This document shows positions 29,734 through 42,068 of a stretch of 64,000 nucleotides of DNA, piece after piece. Under the pieces are notes generated by a model. The model was not told the DNA's origin and did no database searches. It saw only the letters and a list, made by a program, of their open reading frames with translations. The first letter of the stretch is position 1. Each line of letters starts with the position of its first letter. The position numbers were made by a program, and so were the translations under genes. This DNA comes from Candidatus Latescibacterota bacterium (GTDB taxonomy: Bacteria; Latescibacterota; UBA2968): positions 640,001 to 704,000 of the forward strand of contig OZ242320.1 of NCBI GenBank assembly GCA_965208125.1, given 5' to 3'.

Positions 29734-30717
29734 ATGGATAACACGCGCACAACTCTCTTTTGCACACTCGTATCCGTCTTGCTCTTGTCTGGCTGTGCCG
29801 AGTATCGGGCGTATCGCCATTTAGACCGCGCTATTGCTCTCGAAGCCAATCGGGATTACGAAACCGCGCTCGCGATATTTCAGGCTGCTGTGGATATATG
29901 CCCTGAAGACGCGGTTTTGCGGCGGTGGTTGGGCAGGGCATATTTGAGGCGCAACCAATACGACGCAGCGCGAGCCGAGTTCGAAACGGCGCTCGGATTG
30001 GCACCTGATTATATGCGCTTGTACCGAGACCTCGCAATCGTCAATGAAGCCCTACAAAAGCCAGAAGTCGCTATCGCGTGGTTGGAAAAAGCCGTATCAC
30101 AGGTACCCGAGCATCGGGAATCTTACCGCGACCTCGTCAGTCTCTATCTGTCTCACGATCGGTTGAGCGAAGCGCAATCCCTTTTGGAAACAGTTGTCGA
30201 ACAGTGGCCAAAAACGATGTGGGCACATTTTCAACTGGGCGGTCTCTATATGGTATTAAAATGGCCCGAGCGCGCCGAAGAAGCTTATGTGCAGATACTG
30301 AACATCGAGCCAAAAAACGACAATGAAGCAGAAATACGAGCACGCACGCACGGCGAATTGGGCAATGTCTATTACGAGCGCAAAAACTATGAGCGCGCCG
30401 AGGAATTTTACAAAAAAGCACTGGAACTCAATCCCCTTGACGACAGCAGCCTGAACAATCTCGCCTGGATATACGCCATTCAGGGAATTCACCTGCGCGA
30501 AGGCATTCGCCTATCGCGGAGGTCTTTGCGCCTGCGCCCACACACCCCTTCCTACCTGGACACACTGGCCGAACTACATTACCAGATGGGCAATACCGAA
30601 CGCGCCATTTTCATTATTCGCCAGGCCATTGCATTGGATCCGGATAACCCGGAGATGCGCGCCCATCTACATCGGCAACTCGCCAAATTTATTTCCGGCG
30701 GACGGGGGAAGGTATAA
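29734..30717 (+). CDS. TPR lipoprotein
   Basis: Lipobox LSGC; TPR units; LNNLAW, YLDTLAE. Confidence 0.88.
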   Translation: MDNTRTTLFCTLVSVLLLSGCAEYRAYRHLDRAIALEANRDYETALAIFQAAVDICPEDAVLRRWLGRAYLRRNQYDAARAEFETALGLAPDYMRLYRDLAIVNEALQKPEVAIAWLEKAVSQVPEHRESYRDLVSLYLSHDRLSEAQSLLETVVEQWPKTMWAHFQLGGLYMVLKWPERAEEAYVQILNIEPKNDNEAEIRARTHGELGNVYYERKNYERAEEFYKKALELNPLDDSSLNNLAWIYAIQGIHLREGIRLSRRSLRLRPHTPSYLDTLAELHYQMGNTERAIFIIRQAIALDPDNPEMRAHLHRQLAKFISGGRGKV

Positions 30718-30836
30718 TGAATTAAAAATTGAGGAGCGGTGTAAAACTGGTCGCAGCCCAGACCAGTTCATTAAAAATTAAAAATCGGGAAGCAAGGCGG
30801 GCTAACCACTGACTACTGACTACTGGATACTGACTT

Positions 30837-32677
<1,841 letters not shown>

Positions 32678-32688
32678 AGGCACAAAAA

Positions 32689-33417
32689 GTGAGTAACTCT
32701 CTCCTACAAATCGCATCGCCAATTTTACCCGAAGAGACCCGCACGCGCCTGAACGCAGTGTACGCACAGGTCCCCGCTGTATCGTGTGCAGGTTGCGATG
32801 CACCGGGAAGCTGTTGCGAACTAACAGATGCCGAATACGACGACGATTTTGCAACCATGTATCCGCTTTACGCCGTCGAATACGTCAACATCATAGATTA
32901 TGTGCGCTCGCACTTTGATCCCAATAAACAGCGAGAACTGCTGAACACAGTCGAAGAACGCCCGCGCCGTTGTCCGTTCTTGACATCCGAAGGCGGCTGC
33001 TCAATCCATCCGGCGCGTCCCCTGACCTGTCGCACCTACGGTATTTTGAACCAGGTATCACAGGTCAACGCCACCGCTGAATCCGCACGCGACCAGGTAC
33101 CCTGGCAGTGGATATCTTCCTTCTTATCCACAGAGCGATACACAGTATGTCCAAAAACCAGATTACAAGAAACCGACAAAGTCAATGCACACATGAAGGC
33201 GATGGTATCCCTGGAATACGAGCGCGAATTGATCTATCTGTCGGACACACTGAACTGGTTGGACGCAGACCGTCGAGAACTATTCCAAAAAATAACAAAA
33301 AAAACCCACCCCACGCGGTGGACATGGGGTGGATTTAACGCACTCGCCCAAAAACCATTAAAATGGGTAAAACGCCACTTTGCGAATTTTTGGAAAGCAT
33401 CTTTTTTAGGGGAGTAA
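32689..33417 (+). CDS. YkgJ-family cysteine-cluster protein
   Basis: CAGC...CC, CPFL...CSIHPARPLTCRTY. Confidence 0.82.
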   Translation: MSNSLLQIASPILPEETRTRLNAVYAQVPAVSCAGCDAPGSCCELTDAEYDDDFATMYPLYAVEYVNIIDYVRSHFDPNKQRELLNTVEERPRRCPFLTSEGGCSIHPARPLTCRTYGILNQVSQVNATAESARDQVPWQWISSFLSTERYTVCPKTRLQETDKVNAHMKAMVSLEYERELIYLSDTLNWLDADRRELFQKITKKTHPTRWTWGGFNALAQKPLKWVKRHFANFWKASFLGE

Positions 33418-33512
33418 AGGGGATCGTTTAGACCGTGAAGTGCAAGTTTATACGAGTTGATACACCTCGTCGTTTGCCCTGATCCCCATTCTTAATTTTT
33501 AATTTTTAATTC

Positions 33513-34460
33513 CTAATACCCCTTCTCCTTATCCACCACATTCTGCAGCGCCTCACCCCTCACATACCTGTGCAAATTATCCACAAACCGCACCATAGCG
33601 CGCCTCCGAATATGCTGTGAAGACCCCGCACTATGCGATGTCAAAATCACATTGGGCTCGGTCCACAGCGGACTATCTTCCGGACATGGTTCCGTATAAG
33701 TCACATCCAGCCCAATACCCGCCAGTTTGCCCGACCGTAGCGCCGCGACCATAGCCTCCTCATCCACCACCTTTCCCCGACTCACATTGACGAGCAAACT
33801 ACCCTCCATCAACCGATCAAACATCTCACCAGACAGCATCTTATGCGTTTCCGCCGTACTGGGACAACACACCATAACCACATTGGACTGCGACATAAGT
33901 TCGGGTAAATAATCCATCTTCTCCAACCGATCCACAGAAGCCGGACACGCCATATCCTCTGGATCGACCGCAATAACCCGAAACTCAAACGCCTTTGCGC
34001 GGTCTGCAATCGCCCGTCCAATGCCGCCCAAACCAATAATACCCATCGTCATCCCCGCCAGTTCCAAACACGGCACGCGCTCCCAGTGCTTGCGCTTCAT
34101 AAACTCCAACTGCGTGTGAATCTGCCGCGTCAACGCCAGCAAAAGCGCAAACGCATGTTCCGCAATTTGCGGACCGAACAACCCCCCCGCATTGGTCAAA
34201 ACCATATCGCTATTCTTAAATTTTTCATACAAATGTCCTTCGGCCCCCGCATGAGGCTGCTGAACCCACTTCAACGCATCTGCGTGATCAAAATCGGATT
34301 CGGCAAGCCGCCCAAAAAGCACTTCCACACCCGACAAATAATCGGCTTGCTTTTCTCCCTCTGGCAAAAAAATCACCTCAACCTCAGAAGGCGCATCTTT
34401 TAACAACGCCTCAACATCTTCTGAATACCGACTGCCAATCAACGTGCGAACCATGCTCAT
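33513..34460 (-). CDS. D-2-hydroxyacid dehydrogenase
   Basis: GIIGLGGIG, NVSRGKVVD, GLDV..EP, SHSAG. Confidence 0.92.
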   Translation of the reverse strand: MSMVRTLIGSRYSEDVEALLKDAPSEVEVIFLPEGEKQADYLSGVEVLFGRLAESDFDHADALKWVQQPHAGAEGHLYEKFKNSDMVLTNAGGLFGPQIAEHAFALLLALTRQIHTQLEFMKRKHWERVPCLELAGMTMGIIGLGGIGRAIADRAKAFEFRVIAVDPEDMACPASVDRLEKMDYLPELMSQSNVVMVCCPSTAETHKMLSGEMFDRLMEGSLLVNVSRGKVVDEEAMVAALRSGKLAGIGLDVTYTEPCPEDSPLWTEPNVILTSHSAGSSQHIRRRAMVRFVDNLHRYVRGEALQNVVDKEKGY

Positions 34461-34520
34461 ATCTCCTTTTGGTCTCATGAATAACTAAATCAGCCTCTGG
34501 TCTTTCTCATGGTACAAAAA

Positions 34521-34557
34521 GAAAACGCCACCGCAAAGTATTTCCGATGGCGTTTTT
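34521..34557 (-). terminator. Intrinsic terminator after ankyrin gene
   Basis: gaaaacgcca...tggcgtttt hairpin; A-run on plus strand gives U-tract on minus. Confidence 0.5.
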
Positions 34558-34572
34558 CGACGATATCCATTT

Positions 34573-36261
34573 TTACAGATACCGTTTGATGAGATCGGCA
34601 ATATCCCCATACCCTTTTTTCTCTGCCCAGGCGAGTGGCGTTGCCCAATCAGCACCCGCCAGTGTGGGATCGGCACCGCGCTCGAGATAGAGACGCGCGA
34701 GATCGTATTTTCCCCATCGCACAGCCCAGCCAAGCGGTGAAGATTGCAAAAGCTCATCAATCACATCGAGATCTGCACCATAATCGAGGAGAATAGTGGC
34801 AAAGGCAACGCGCTCAGCTTCGGTCATAATCACCTCTCCCCACACAACACCGCACGCCGCCATGTGATGGGCGAGGCGATACCCGAAACGCCCGACCAGA
34901 TTGGGATTGACGCCATGATCGAGAATCATGCGAAAAATCTCGGGATAGACCGTGCGATCAAAATCTCGGAATTTGCGATGAGGGTGGGTGCGCCACAGGC
35001 GCACAGGTTGCTCCAGCAAGCCAAACCAGCGACCGTCATCGGGATCCCACTCGAGTTGACGCAGACACATCCCCACAATATTTGGATCGCCCCCACAACC
35101 CGCAGCCCACAAAAGCCTCTCCGCAAGCGAAGAATCATTGTGAAGCGCAACAGCAGCGGCAGACGTCTCGCCTTCAAGCCCAGCAGTGATATGATCCAAA
35201 ACCCCACCGTATCTAAACAGCAAACCCTTCATCTTATCGTCGCGATTATTATACGCAGCCGCTATGGGATTGCCACTCGCGTAAATACTCGCATTGGGAT
35301 CGGCGCCGCGCGCGAGCAGAAGCTCGGCAATCTCATACTGCGAGTGACCCGCCGCATGAGCCAGCGGTTGGCCCCATGAATAGGGTTTGGTCTCATAGTG
35401 ATGCAGTTGATATTTGTCATCGGGATCGAGACCCAAATCCAGCAGCATACGCACCATATCGAGATTGTCATTTTGCACAGCGATCGGTAAAAGACCGTCT
35501 CGCTCGCTATCATTGGACTGAAAGCGTTCGGGATGTTGTCTCTTATAATCTTGAACAAAACCAAGATCCCCAAGCGCGACAGCAGACTCAAGCGATTGTT
35601 CGCATCCGGCCTGAAGCAGAATACCCGCACAAATCAAACACCCCTCATTGAGCGGCCTGTTGCGACCGCGAATATTGTGAACAGCGCCGTCGAGAGGCGA
35701 TTGCCCCTCGGGCGTGAGATGGGTGATATCCGCACCGCGCTTGAGCAGATATTGAACAAGCTCATAATTTCCAAGAGATGCACCAGTGTGAATCACACTA
35801 CCGCCATTGCGATGGCAGGCGTTGATCAAATCGGGATTCTTATAGAGAATTTCCACGGTCTCCATCATCCGCCCCTCATGAATAGCCTCAAAAAGCGCGT
35901 CATTCTCCTCTGTAATAGTAATATTCTCGCAAGCCGCGAGTTTGCGTTTCTCGTCTTCCTCTCGCAAAATCTGAACAATATCATCCATACCGCGTTCATC
36001 CGCCATGGTAAGCGCGTCCGTAGCATCGCGATGGGGATAAATACCCGACGTGTGATCTGCACCCGACTCCATAAGAACGCGCACCGCATCCGCGTGCTGA
36101 TTCATAACCGCGTAGTGAATGGCGAGGTGTTCGTCATTCTCGGCCATGTGCACATTGACCAGATCGGGTTGCACATCGAGAATCTGACGAATTTTGGCGA
36201 CATCGCCCTCACTTGCCGCTTCGCATAAATCGGCGACCTGATAAGTTCCATTTGTATCCAT
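34573..36261 (-). CDS. Ankyrin-repeat protein
   Basis: AIHYAV, LLARGADPN, SPLGWAVRWG, TPLAWAEKKG. Confidence 0.9.
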   Translation of the reverse strand: MDTNGTYQVADLCEAASEGDVAKIRQILDVQPDLVNVHMAENDEHLAIHYAVMNQHADAVRVLMESGADHTSGIYPHRDATDALTMADERGMDDIVQILREEDEKRKLAACENITITEENDALFEAIHEGRMMETVEILYKNPDLINACHRNGGSVIHTGASLGNYELVQYLLKRGADITHLTPEGQSPLDGAVHNIRGRNRPLNEGCLICAGILLQAGCEQSLESAVALGDLGFVQDYKRQHPERFQSNDSERDGLLPIAVQNDNLDMVRMLLDLGLDPDDKYQLHHYETKPYSWGQPLAHAAGHSQYEIAELLLARGADPNASIYASGNPIAAAYNNRDDKMKGLLFRYGGVLDHITAGLEGETSAAAVALHNDSSLAERLLWAAGCGGDPNIVGMCLRQLEWDPDDGRWFGLLEQPVRLWRTHPHRKFRDFDRTVYPEIFRMILDHGVNPNLVGRFGYRLAHHMAACGVVWGEVIMTEAERVAFATILLDYGADLDVIDELLQSSPLGWAVRWGKYDLARLYLERGADPTLAGADWATPLAWAEKKGYGDIADLIKRYL

Positions 36262-36402
36262 GTCGGTTCCTTTCCCGAATGTCATTACACAACATCTCCA
36301 GGTTTTCTATAATAAAAATTATAGTGAACATTTGTATATCTGTCAAGGGAAGTTCTGCATCACTGATTGTGCGGAAAAATTCTCTAATCCAACTTTTTTT
36401 CT

Positions 36403-38775
36403 CTATTCACATCGCAATATATCAACGGGATTAGTACGCGCTGTTTTCCAGGCGAGGCATCCTGCTGTCAAAACAGCAATAAAAAGCAGAACCGCTATAC
36501 TCAAAAGAAACGGCCAAACCGCGAGATCAATCTGATAGGCAAAATTTTGCAACCAATCCCGCATCAAAAAATATCCAACCGGACACGCAATCGTGCTGGC
36601 GAAGAGAGCTAGCCTGGCAAAGTCCTGGCTAATCAAAACCACGAGATGGGATGCCGAAGCACCCAGCACCTTGCGAATACCAATTTCGCGGGTACGCTGT
36701 TCAGCGGCAAAAGCCGCCAGACCCGCCAGACCCAGACAGGCCAGCACAATGGCGACAATTGCAGACCGCGTAAAAATGTGCCCCTGGCGTTGTTCTCGTC
36801 GATATTTGGAATCGATATAATCGTCAATAAAAAAGTATTCAAAAGGCCGCGTCGGGATAAAATGCGACCAGGTCTCTTCAACAAAAGCCAGCGTCTCCCG
36901 AATACGGTCGGGTTTAATCTTGAGATGCAAGTATTTCAAATCCGCACCCGCCGCAGATAAAACCACAGGACCCAGAGGCTCTCTGAGAGAACGCACGTGA
37001 AAATCTCCCATCACGCCAATAACCTGAGCGGGTTTCTCCCCAATCATAAGCGTATGTCCCAAAGGATTCGACCAACCGAACCGCTTTACAGCAGTCTCGT
37101 TTATCACCACTTGCATCGCACCCGCGTTCTCTGTCACCTGCTCCGCATAAGACTGCGAAAAATTTCGACCCGCAAGTATCGGAATATTATAACAGGAGAG
37201 AAAATCCTCATTCGCCCGAAAAACGCGCACTTCAACTTCGCGGTCAGGCATTTCAACATCCGACGCAAAACGCCGACTCGGCCAACTGTGTCCGGGCAGG
37301 TCCAGACTCGTACCCGCTATGATAATATCGGGATGCTGAAGAAACCGCTGTTTGACCGCATTATACTGACCATTTAAGTGGATTTGCTCCGCATCGGGAC
37401 CAAAAATTTTCACCACGACAATCTGATCGCGATCAAAACCCAGGTATTTGCCGCGGACCAGATCCATTTGCTGATAGACCACGAGCGTAGATGCAATGAG
37501 AATAGCAGACACGGCAAATTGCACCACCACAAGACCTTTCCGTAGCCAGAGATCTCTCGGAAACCTGTTGCGCAGCCCCTTCAGCGCATCAACGGGCTGC
37601 TGCGCCGAAAGATAAAAGGCGGGATAACTCCCCGAAACAAGGGCGGTAACCAGCGCAATGCCCCCAATCCACAAAACATGATCAGAAATATTGAAGACAA
37701 GCGGTTGGCCCATCAGGCCTGAAAATTGGGACAAAAGCAACACCGTCAATCCAAAAGATACGGGCAACGCAACCCCGGTAAACAACACAGACTCGCACAA
37801 AAACTGACCCATAATATGCTGCCTGCGCGCCCCCACAACCTTCCGCAGACCAATTTCGCGGGCGCGAATAGCTGACCGCGCAGTAGCCAGATTCATAAAA
37901 TTGATACAGGCGATGAGCAAAATACCCAGCCCCAGAACAGACAGGGGATAGAGATCGCGGACATCTCGATACGGCATCCCCGAATCACCCGTAAAACCCT
38001 CCAGATCAATCCTGGAATACAGATGGATGCGCGGCAGAGCCTGGAGATGGTAAGTCGCCTCCGATTCAGAGGGAAAGTGAGTAGCAAGTGCGCGCTCGAG
38101 AGCCGCAACATCGGCATCGGGACGCAAACGCACGTAAATCGGCGCAGCGCGTATAGCCCAGTTATCGGACGCAAAAAAAGTCACACTATCAAACTCCAAC
38201 CGCGTATTGGTCGGGCGATCTTTCATCACAGCAACAACCGAAAACACCAGCTGATAGGTCTCGCGCTGCACTTCAACGGTGCGACCAATGGGGTCAGCAT
38301 TTCCGTAGAGCTTATTGGCGACGCTCTGCGTTAAAACAATGGACGCATCTCGGCGTTTGAGCGCGGTCGCATCCCCCCGAATAATATCCAGACCAAAGAA
38401 ATCCACAACATCTCCATCAACTGGACAAAGGCGCTGTTGAAACAATCGGTCCTCCGCGCGAAACCAGGACGTGATGCGGCGAAACTGAACAACAGCCTCG
38501 ACCTCGGGATATTCATCGCGCAAATGCACGGCAATCTCTGACGGAAGTGCGCCGCGCCATTCGACTTGTCCGCGCGCATTTACATCCCTCTTCATAATTC
38601 GATAGACCCGATCAGCATGGGGTCGAAAGGCGTCATAACTCATCTCATAGCGGATAGAAAGCATAATGAGCACAGCACACGTCAATCCAATGGCGAGACT
38701 GCTCAGACTAATAAACGCATAAAACTTGTGACGCATCGCGTTGCGAATCGCAACTGTCAGAAAATTGTAGAACAT
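36403..38775 (-). CDS. MacB/FtsX-type ABC permease (duplicated, no cognate ATPase adjacent)
   Basis: IACINFMNLATARS..RAREIGLRKVVGA; EQRTREIGIRKVLGA; NPVDILRCE. Confidence 0.92.
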   Translation of the reverse strand: MFYNFLTVAIRNAMRHKFYAFISLSSLAIGLTCAVLIMLSIRYEMSYDAFRPHADRVYRIMKRDVNARGQVEWRGALPSEIAVHLRDEYPEVEAVVQFRRITSWFRAEDRLFQQRLCPVDGDVVDFFGLDIIRGDATALKRRDASIVLTQSVANKLYGNADPIGRTVEVQRETYQLVFSVVAVMKDRPTNTRLEFDSVTFFASDNWAIRAAPIYVRLRPDADVAALERALATHFPSESEATYHLQALPRIHLYSRIDLEGFTGDSGMPYRDVRDLYPLSVLGLGILLIACINFMNLATARSAIRAREIGLRKVVGARRQHIMGQFLCESVLFTGVALPVSFGLTVLLLSQFSGLMGQPLVFNISDHVLWIGGIALVTALVSGSYPAFYLSAQQPVDALKGLRNRFPRDLWLRKGLVVVQFAVSAILIASTLVVYQQMDLVRGKYLGFDRDQIVVVKIFGPDAEQIHLNGQYNAVKQRFLQHPDIIIAGTSLDLPGHSWPSRRFASDVEMPDREVEVRVFRANEDFLSCYNIPILAGRNFSQSYAEQVTENAGAMQVVINETAVKRFGWSNPLGHTLMIGEKPAQVIGVMGDFHVRSLREPLGPVVLSAAGADLKYLHLKIKPDRIRETLAFVEETWSHFIPTRPFEYFFIDDYIDSKYRREQRQGHIFTRSAIVAIVLACLGLAGLAAFAAEQRTREIGIRKVLGASASHLVVLISQDFARLALFASTIACPVGYFLMRDWLQNFAYQIDLAVWPFLLSIAVLLFIAVLTAGCLAWKTARTNPVDILRCE

Positions 38776-38781
38776 GGAAAC

Positions 38782-39630
38782 TCAGGGAAAACGACCAGCG
38801 TGTTGATAAACGCGGGCTCCGTGTGCCATAAGCATCTCATTCTCTTCTGGCGCAGGTGCCCGCCAATCATCCAACAGTGAAAAATCGTGCTCAAGCTCCG
38901 CCCGGTCATTGGGCGCTGCAATCGCAATGGCAACAGAGGGATAGGCCAGCGCAAAGCGGTACCACTCTCTTGCAGGTGGCGGTATAAAATCGGGTGGATC
39001 ATCCGGAGTAGGCTTCATCAAAGCACCCCATCGCAGACAGGTATAAACAACCACCGGAATACTGATCGGATCGGTCAGAGGGAACACATCCTCCTCCGCC
39101 CCCCGGTGGGCGGCATTGTACCGGAGCATAAGCATATCCAGAGGACGGGACCCAACCTGTTCAGGCGCTCGGAGGTCGCCCACCGCAATGCGCGCGGCCA
39201 TATTGCGCTGGTGGCTGGTAAGACCGAGAAAGCGCACCTTACCCTGCTCTTGGGCGCGAGCCATAGCTTCATAAGCGCCCCCTTCAGACGCGACCTCGCA
39301 CCATTCACCCTCGCTCTCCACATAGTAAAAAGTCACAACATCTATATAGTCCGTATTCAGCTCACACAACGCATCTTCAAGCTCCCGTTCAGCATCTGAA
39401 GCAGTACGAGACTTGAGTTGCCATGCCAGTACAATCTCCTCCCGCTCCGCACCCATACCCGCAACCGCGCTACTCAAACCATCGGGACGCCCGCACCAAT
39501 TGAGATAATTGACACCGCGCTCAACCGCATAATAGACATCGGCAGGGGACAAATGCGTATTGCCCCTCGTCGCCAGACCCAGGCGACAAAGAGGTGGGGT
39601 ATTCTGGTCAAATTGAAAGATACGTCGCAT
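38782..39630 (-). CDS. Aldo/keto reductase family protein
   Basis: LNTDYIDV, GKVRFLGLTSH, RYNAAHR. Confidence 0.82.
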   Translation of the reverse strand: MRRIFQFDQNTPPLCRLGLATRGNTHLSPADVYYAVERGVNYLNWCGRPDGLSSAVAGMGAEREEIVLAWQLKSRTASDAERELEDALCELNTDYIDVVTFYYVESEGEWCEVASEGGAYEAMARAQEQGKVRFLGLTSHQRNMAARIAVGDLRAPEQVGSRPLDMLMLRYNAAHRGAEEDVFPLTDPISIPVVVYTCLRWGALMKPTPDDPPDFIPPPAREWYRFALAYPSVAIAIAAPNDRAELEHDFSLLDDWRAPAPEENEMLMAHGARVYQHAGRFP

Positions 39631-39728
39631 GTATTTCTCCTGAGATTGTTTAACGTAAAAATACTGAACACAGGTATAGTTTAATTTTGGTAAATGTCAA
39701 GGACAAACACATAGATTTTAACGATGTA

Positions 39729-39756
39729 TTGACATCAAGTGTAAGTTGGCTATCAT
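39729..39756 (+). promoter_or_regulatory. Sigma70-like promoter
   Basis: TTGACA-16-TATCAT upstream of MFS gene. Confidence 0.5.
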
Positions 39757-39794
39757 GTCTGAATCTGACGAAATTCTTATGAACAGGAAACATA

Positions 39795-41030
39795 TTGACA
39801 AAACACAATCCCTATGAAGCATTTCACATCAGGGAATTTCGGTTATACGCGCTGGGCTGGTTTGCCGCACTGGTCGGCACACAAATTCAGAGTGCAGCCA
39901 TAGGATGGGAAATGTATGCCCGCACCGGGCAAGCACTCGCGCTCGGCCTCGTGGGCCTGGCAATCGCATTGCCCACAATGATCCTCGCACTCCCCGCGGG
40001 TTATCTCGCCGACCGCTTTAACCGACGCACAGTCATGATGTTGAGCTTGACCGGCACGACATTAACCTCTCTGGGCCTTGCCGCAGTATCGTGGAAACAG
40101 GGACCAATTGCCCTGATGTACGCCCTGCTCGTCGTCGATGCCGCAATAACCGTACTCGGTGCACCAGCACGGCGGGCAATCGTACCCCAACTGGTACCGC
40201 GCGGAATGTTCCCCAATGCCGTGGCCTGGAGCATGAGCTTGATGCAAATGGCATGGGTAGTGGGACCCATGATCGGAGGCGTGATCGCAGCAGTTTACGT
40301 ACCTGCAGCGTACCTTGCAAGTGCCGGATGTACAGGGTGGTTTTTGCTGATATTGTCCCGATTGCGCGTACCGCCCGTAGAACGCGATAAAAACGCAGTG
40401 AGGGTCTCACCGCTGCAAAATCTGATGGGCGGACTGGTATTTTTAAAAAACAACCGCTTGTTATTGTCGCTCATGGCACTGGACATGTTCGCCGTGCTAT
40501 TGGGTGGCGCCGTATATTTATTGCCAATTTACGCACAGGACATATTGAAGGTAGGATCCGAGGGATTCGGAATTTTGCGCTCAGCACCCGCGGTGGGTGC
40601 CCTGATAATGGCACTCACACTGGCACACTTGCCGCCAATGAAAAAAGCCGGCAGAAATTTGCTCCTCACCGTAGCCGGATTTGGCGTGGCAACCATAGTA
40701 TTTGGAATATCGGAAAACTTCTGGTTATCATTTGCGATGCTCGTATTGACCGGGGCATTTGACAACGTGAGCATGGTCATTCGTCACACACTCGTACAGT
40801 TAATCACGCCCGATGCAATGCGCGGCAGGGTATCCGCTGTAAACGGAGTATTTGTGAGCGCGTCAAATGAACTGGGTGGCCTCGAATCTGGAGGCGTGGC
40901 GGAATTGTATGGACCTGTATTCTCAGTCGTAAGCGGCGGCATCGGAACGCTATTAGTCACAGGCATAACAGCAATAGCTTCCCCGAGCTTGAGAAAAGTA
41001 GGCGCACTGGATGAAGTGGAAGAGGGATAA
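39795..41030 (+). CDS. MFS transporter (EntS/DHA3-like)
   Basis: GYLADRFNRR, LDMFAVLLGGA, TPDAMRGRVSAVN. Confidence 0.92.
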   Translation: MTKHNPYEAFHIREFRLYALGWFAALVGTQIQSAAIGWEMYARTGQALALGLVGLAIALPTMILALPAGYLADRFNRRTVMMLSLTGTTLTSLGLAAVSWKQGPIALMYALLVVDAAITVLGAPARRAIVPQLVPRGMFPNAVAWSMSLMQMAWVVGPMIGGVIAAVYVPAAYLASAGCTGWFLLILSRLRVPPVERDKNAVRVSPLQNLMGGLVFLKNNRLLLSLMALDMFAVLLGGAVYLLPIYAQDILKVGSEGFGILRSAPAVGALIMALTLAHLPPMKKAGRNLLLTVAGFGVATIVFGISENFWLSFAMLVLTGAFDNVSMVIRHTLVQLITPDAMRGRVSAVNGVFVSASNELGGLESGGVAELYGPVFSVVSGGIGTLLVTGITAIASPSLRKVGALDEVEEG

Positions 41031-41064
41031 TACAGCGATCAGACCTGGGACCACAACCCGTGAT

Positions 41065-42003
41065 TTAGCTTCGCTTAATAATAACGTAACTGATATCATC
41101 ATCGGGTGCATTGAACGCGGCGAGGTCTTCTTGGATAGCGTGGAAAATTTCTTTGGCGGCCAGATCTCTGATCTCGTGAAGTTTTTGTTCGAGATAATGC
41201 GGCGCGTAAAACTCGCCATTTCGGTGATGCTCAACCAGACCATCGGTAAAAAGAATAAGAATATCGCCCGTGCCCATTAAATCCCATTCGTTAAGTTCGT
41301 ATTCTTCCTTAAAACCGAGCACACTCTCATTGATATTGCGATCAATATCGCGTCCCGAGGGAAGTGTACCAATGGGCGGAGAGGCAATCATCCGATCTTC
41401 GGACACATCGACAATACCTTTGTACTTGCGCGAATACACCAGCGGCATGGGATGTCCCGCCGACAGAAACTGGAAATGCCCTTCCTGAGATATCTCCCCG
41501 TAAATCATCGTAATAAATTTGCTGAGACTCGACGAATTGTAAAACCGCGTATTGAGATTTTCAAACAACTTGGCCGTGATATTGCCGTAATAATCCATCT
41601 CGTAAATCGCACCCATCAAAAAAGCCTGATGGAGCATCGCCGCGAGAAGCGCGTCCGTAATCTGATGCCCTGAAACATCGGCCACTGCCACACCGGCCTT
41701 AAAGCGACATTCCTCCAGCTTTTTGACAACATCACCCTGCCCGCGGTTGCGAGCTTTTTCTATACGAGCATCGAGATCATAGCGCTTCTTAAAATCGACA
41801 TAGACAATATGATCGCCACCTACAATGCCATTGAGCGGAATGGTCTCGCCGTAAATATCAACACCATCAAGCGCGGGTATTTCCCCCGGCAATGGTTTGA
41901 CGTAGCGGGCAATATCCTGAAAATTAGCCAACTCCCCCATAAGCATCTTCATGGAGTCATTCACTTGCTGGATACCCGTTTCACCTATCTCATCAAAAGC
42001 CAT
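41065..42003 (-). CDS. Stand-alone PP2C/SpoIIE-type phosphatase
   Basis: VGGDH, ADVSGH, SAGHP, LFTDGL, DDIS. Confidence 0.88.
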   Translation of the reverse strand: MAFDEIGETGIQQVNDSMKMLMGELANFQDIARYVKPLPGEIPALDGVDIYGETIPLNGIVGGDHIVYVDFKKRYDLDARIEKARNRGQGDVVKKLEECRFKAGVAVADVSGHQITDALLAAMLHQAFLMGAIYEMDYYGNITAKLFENLNTRFYNSSSLSKFITMIYGEISQEGHFQFLSAGHPMPLVYSRKYKGIVDVSEDRMIASPPIGTLPSGRDIDRNINESVLGFKEEYELNEWDLMGTGDILILFTDGLVEHHRNGEFYAPHYLEQKLHEIRDLAAKEIFHAIQEDLAAFNAPDDDISYVIIKRS

Positions 42004-42068
42004 TCATCCTCCTAAAAAATCTCGAGCCAAACACAACTCTTGAAAAGTAACCATTTGTCAGCCTCAAA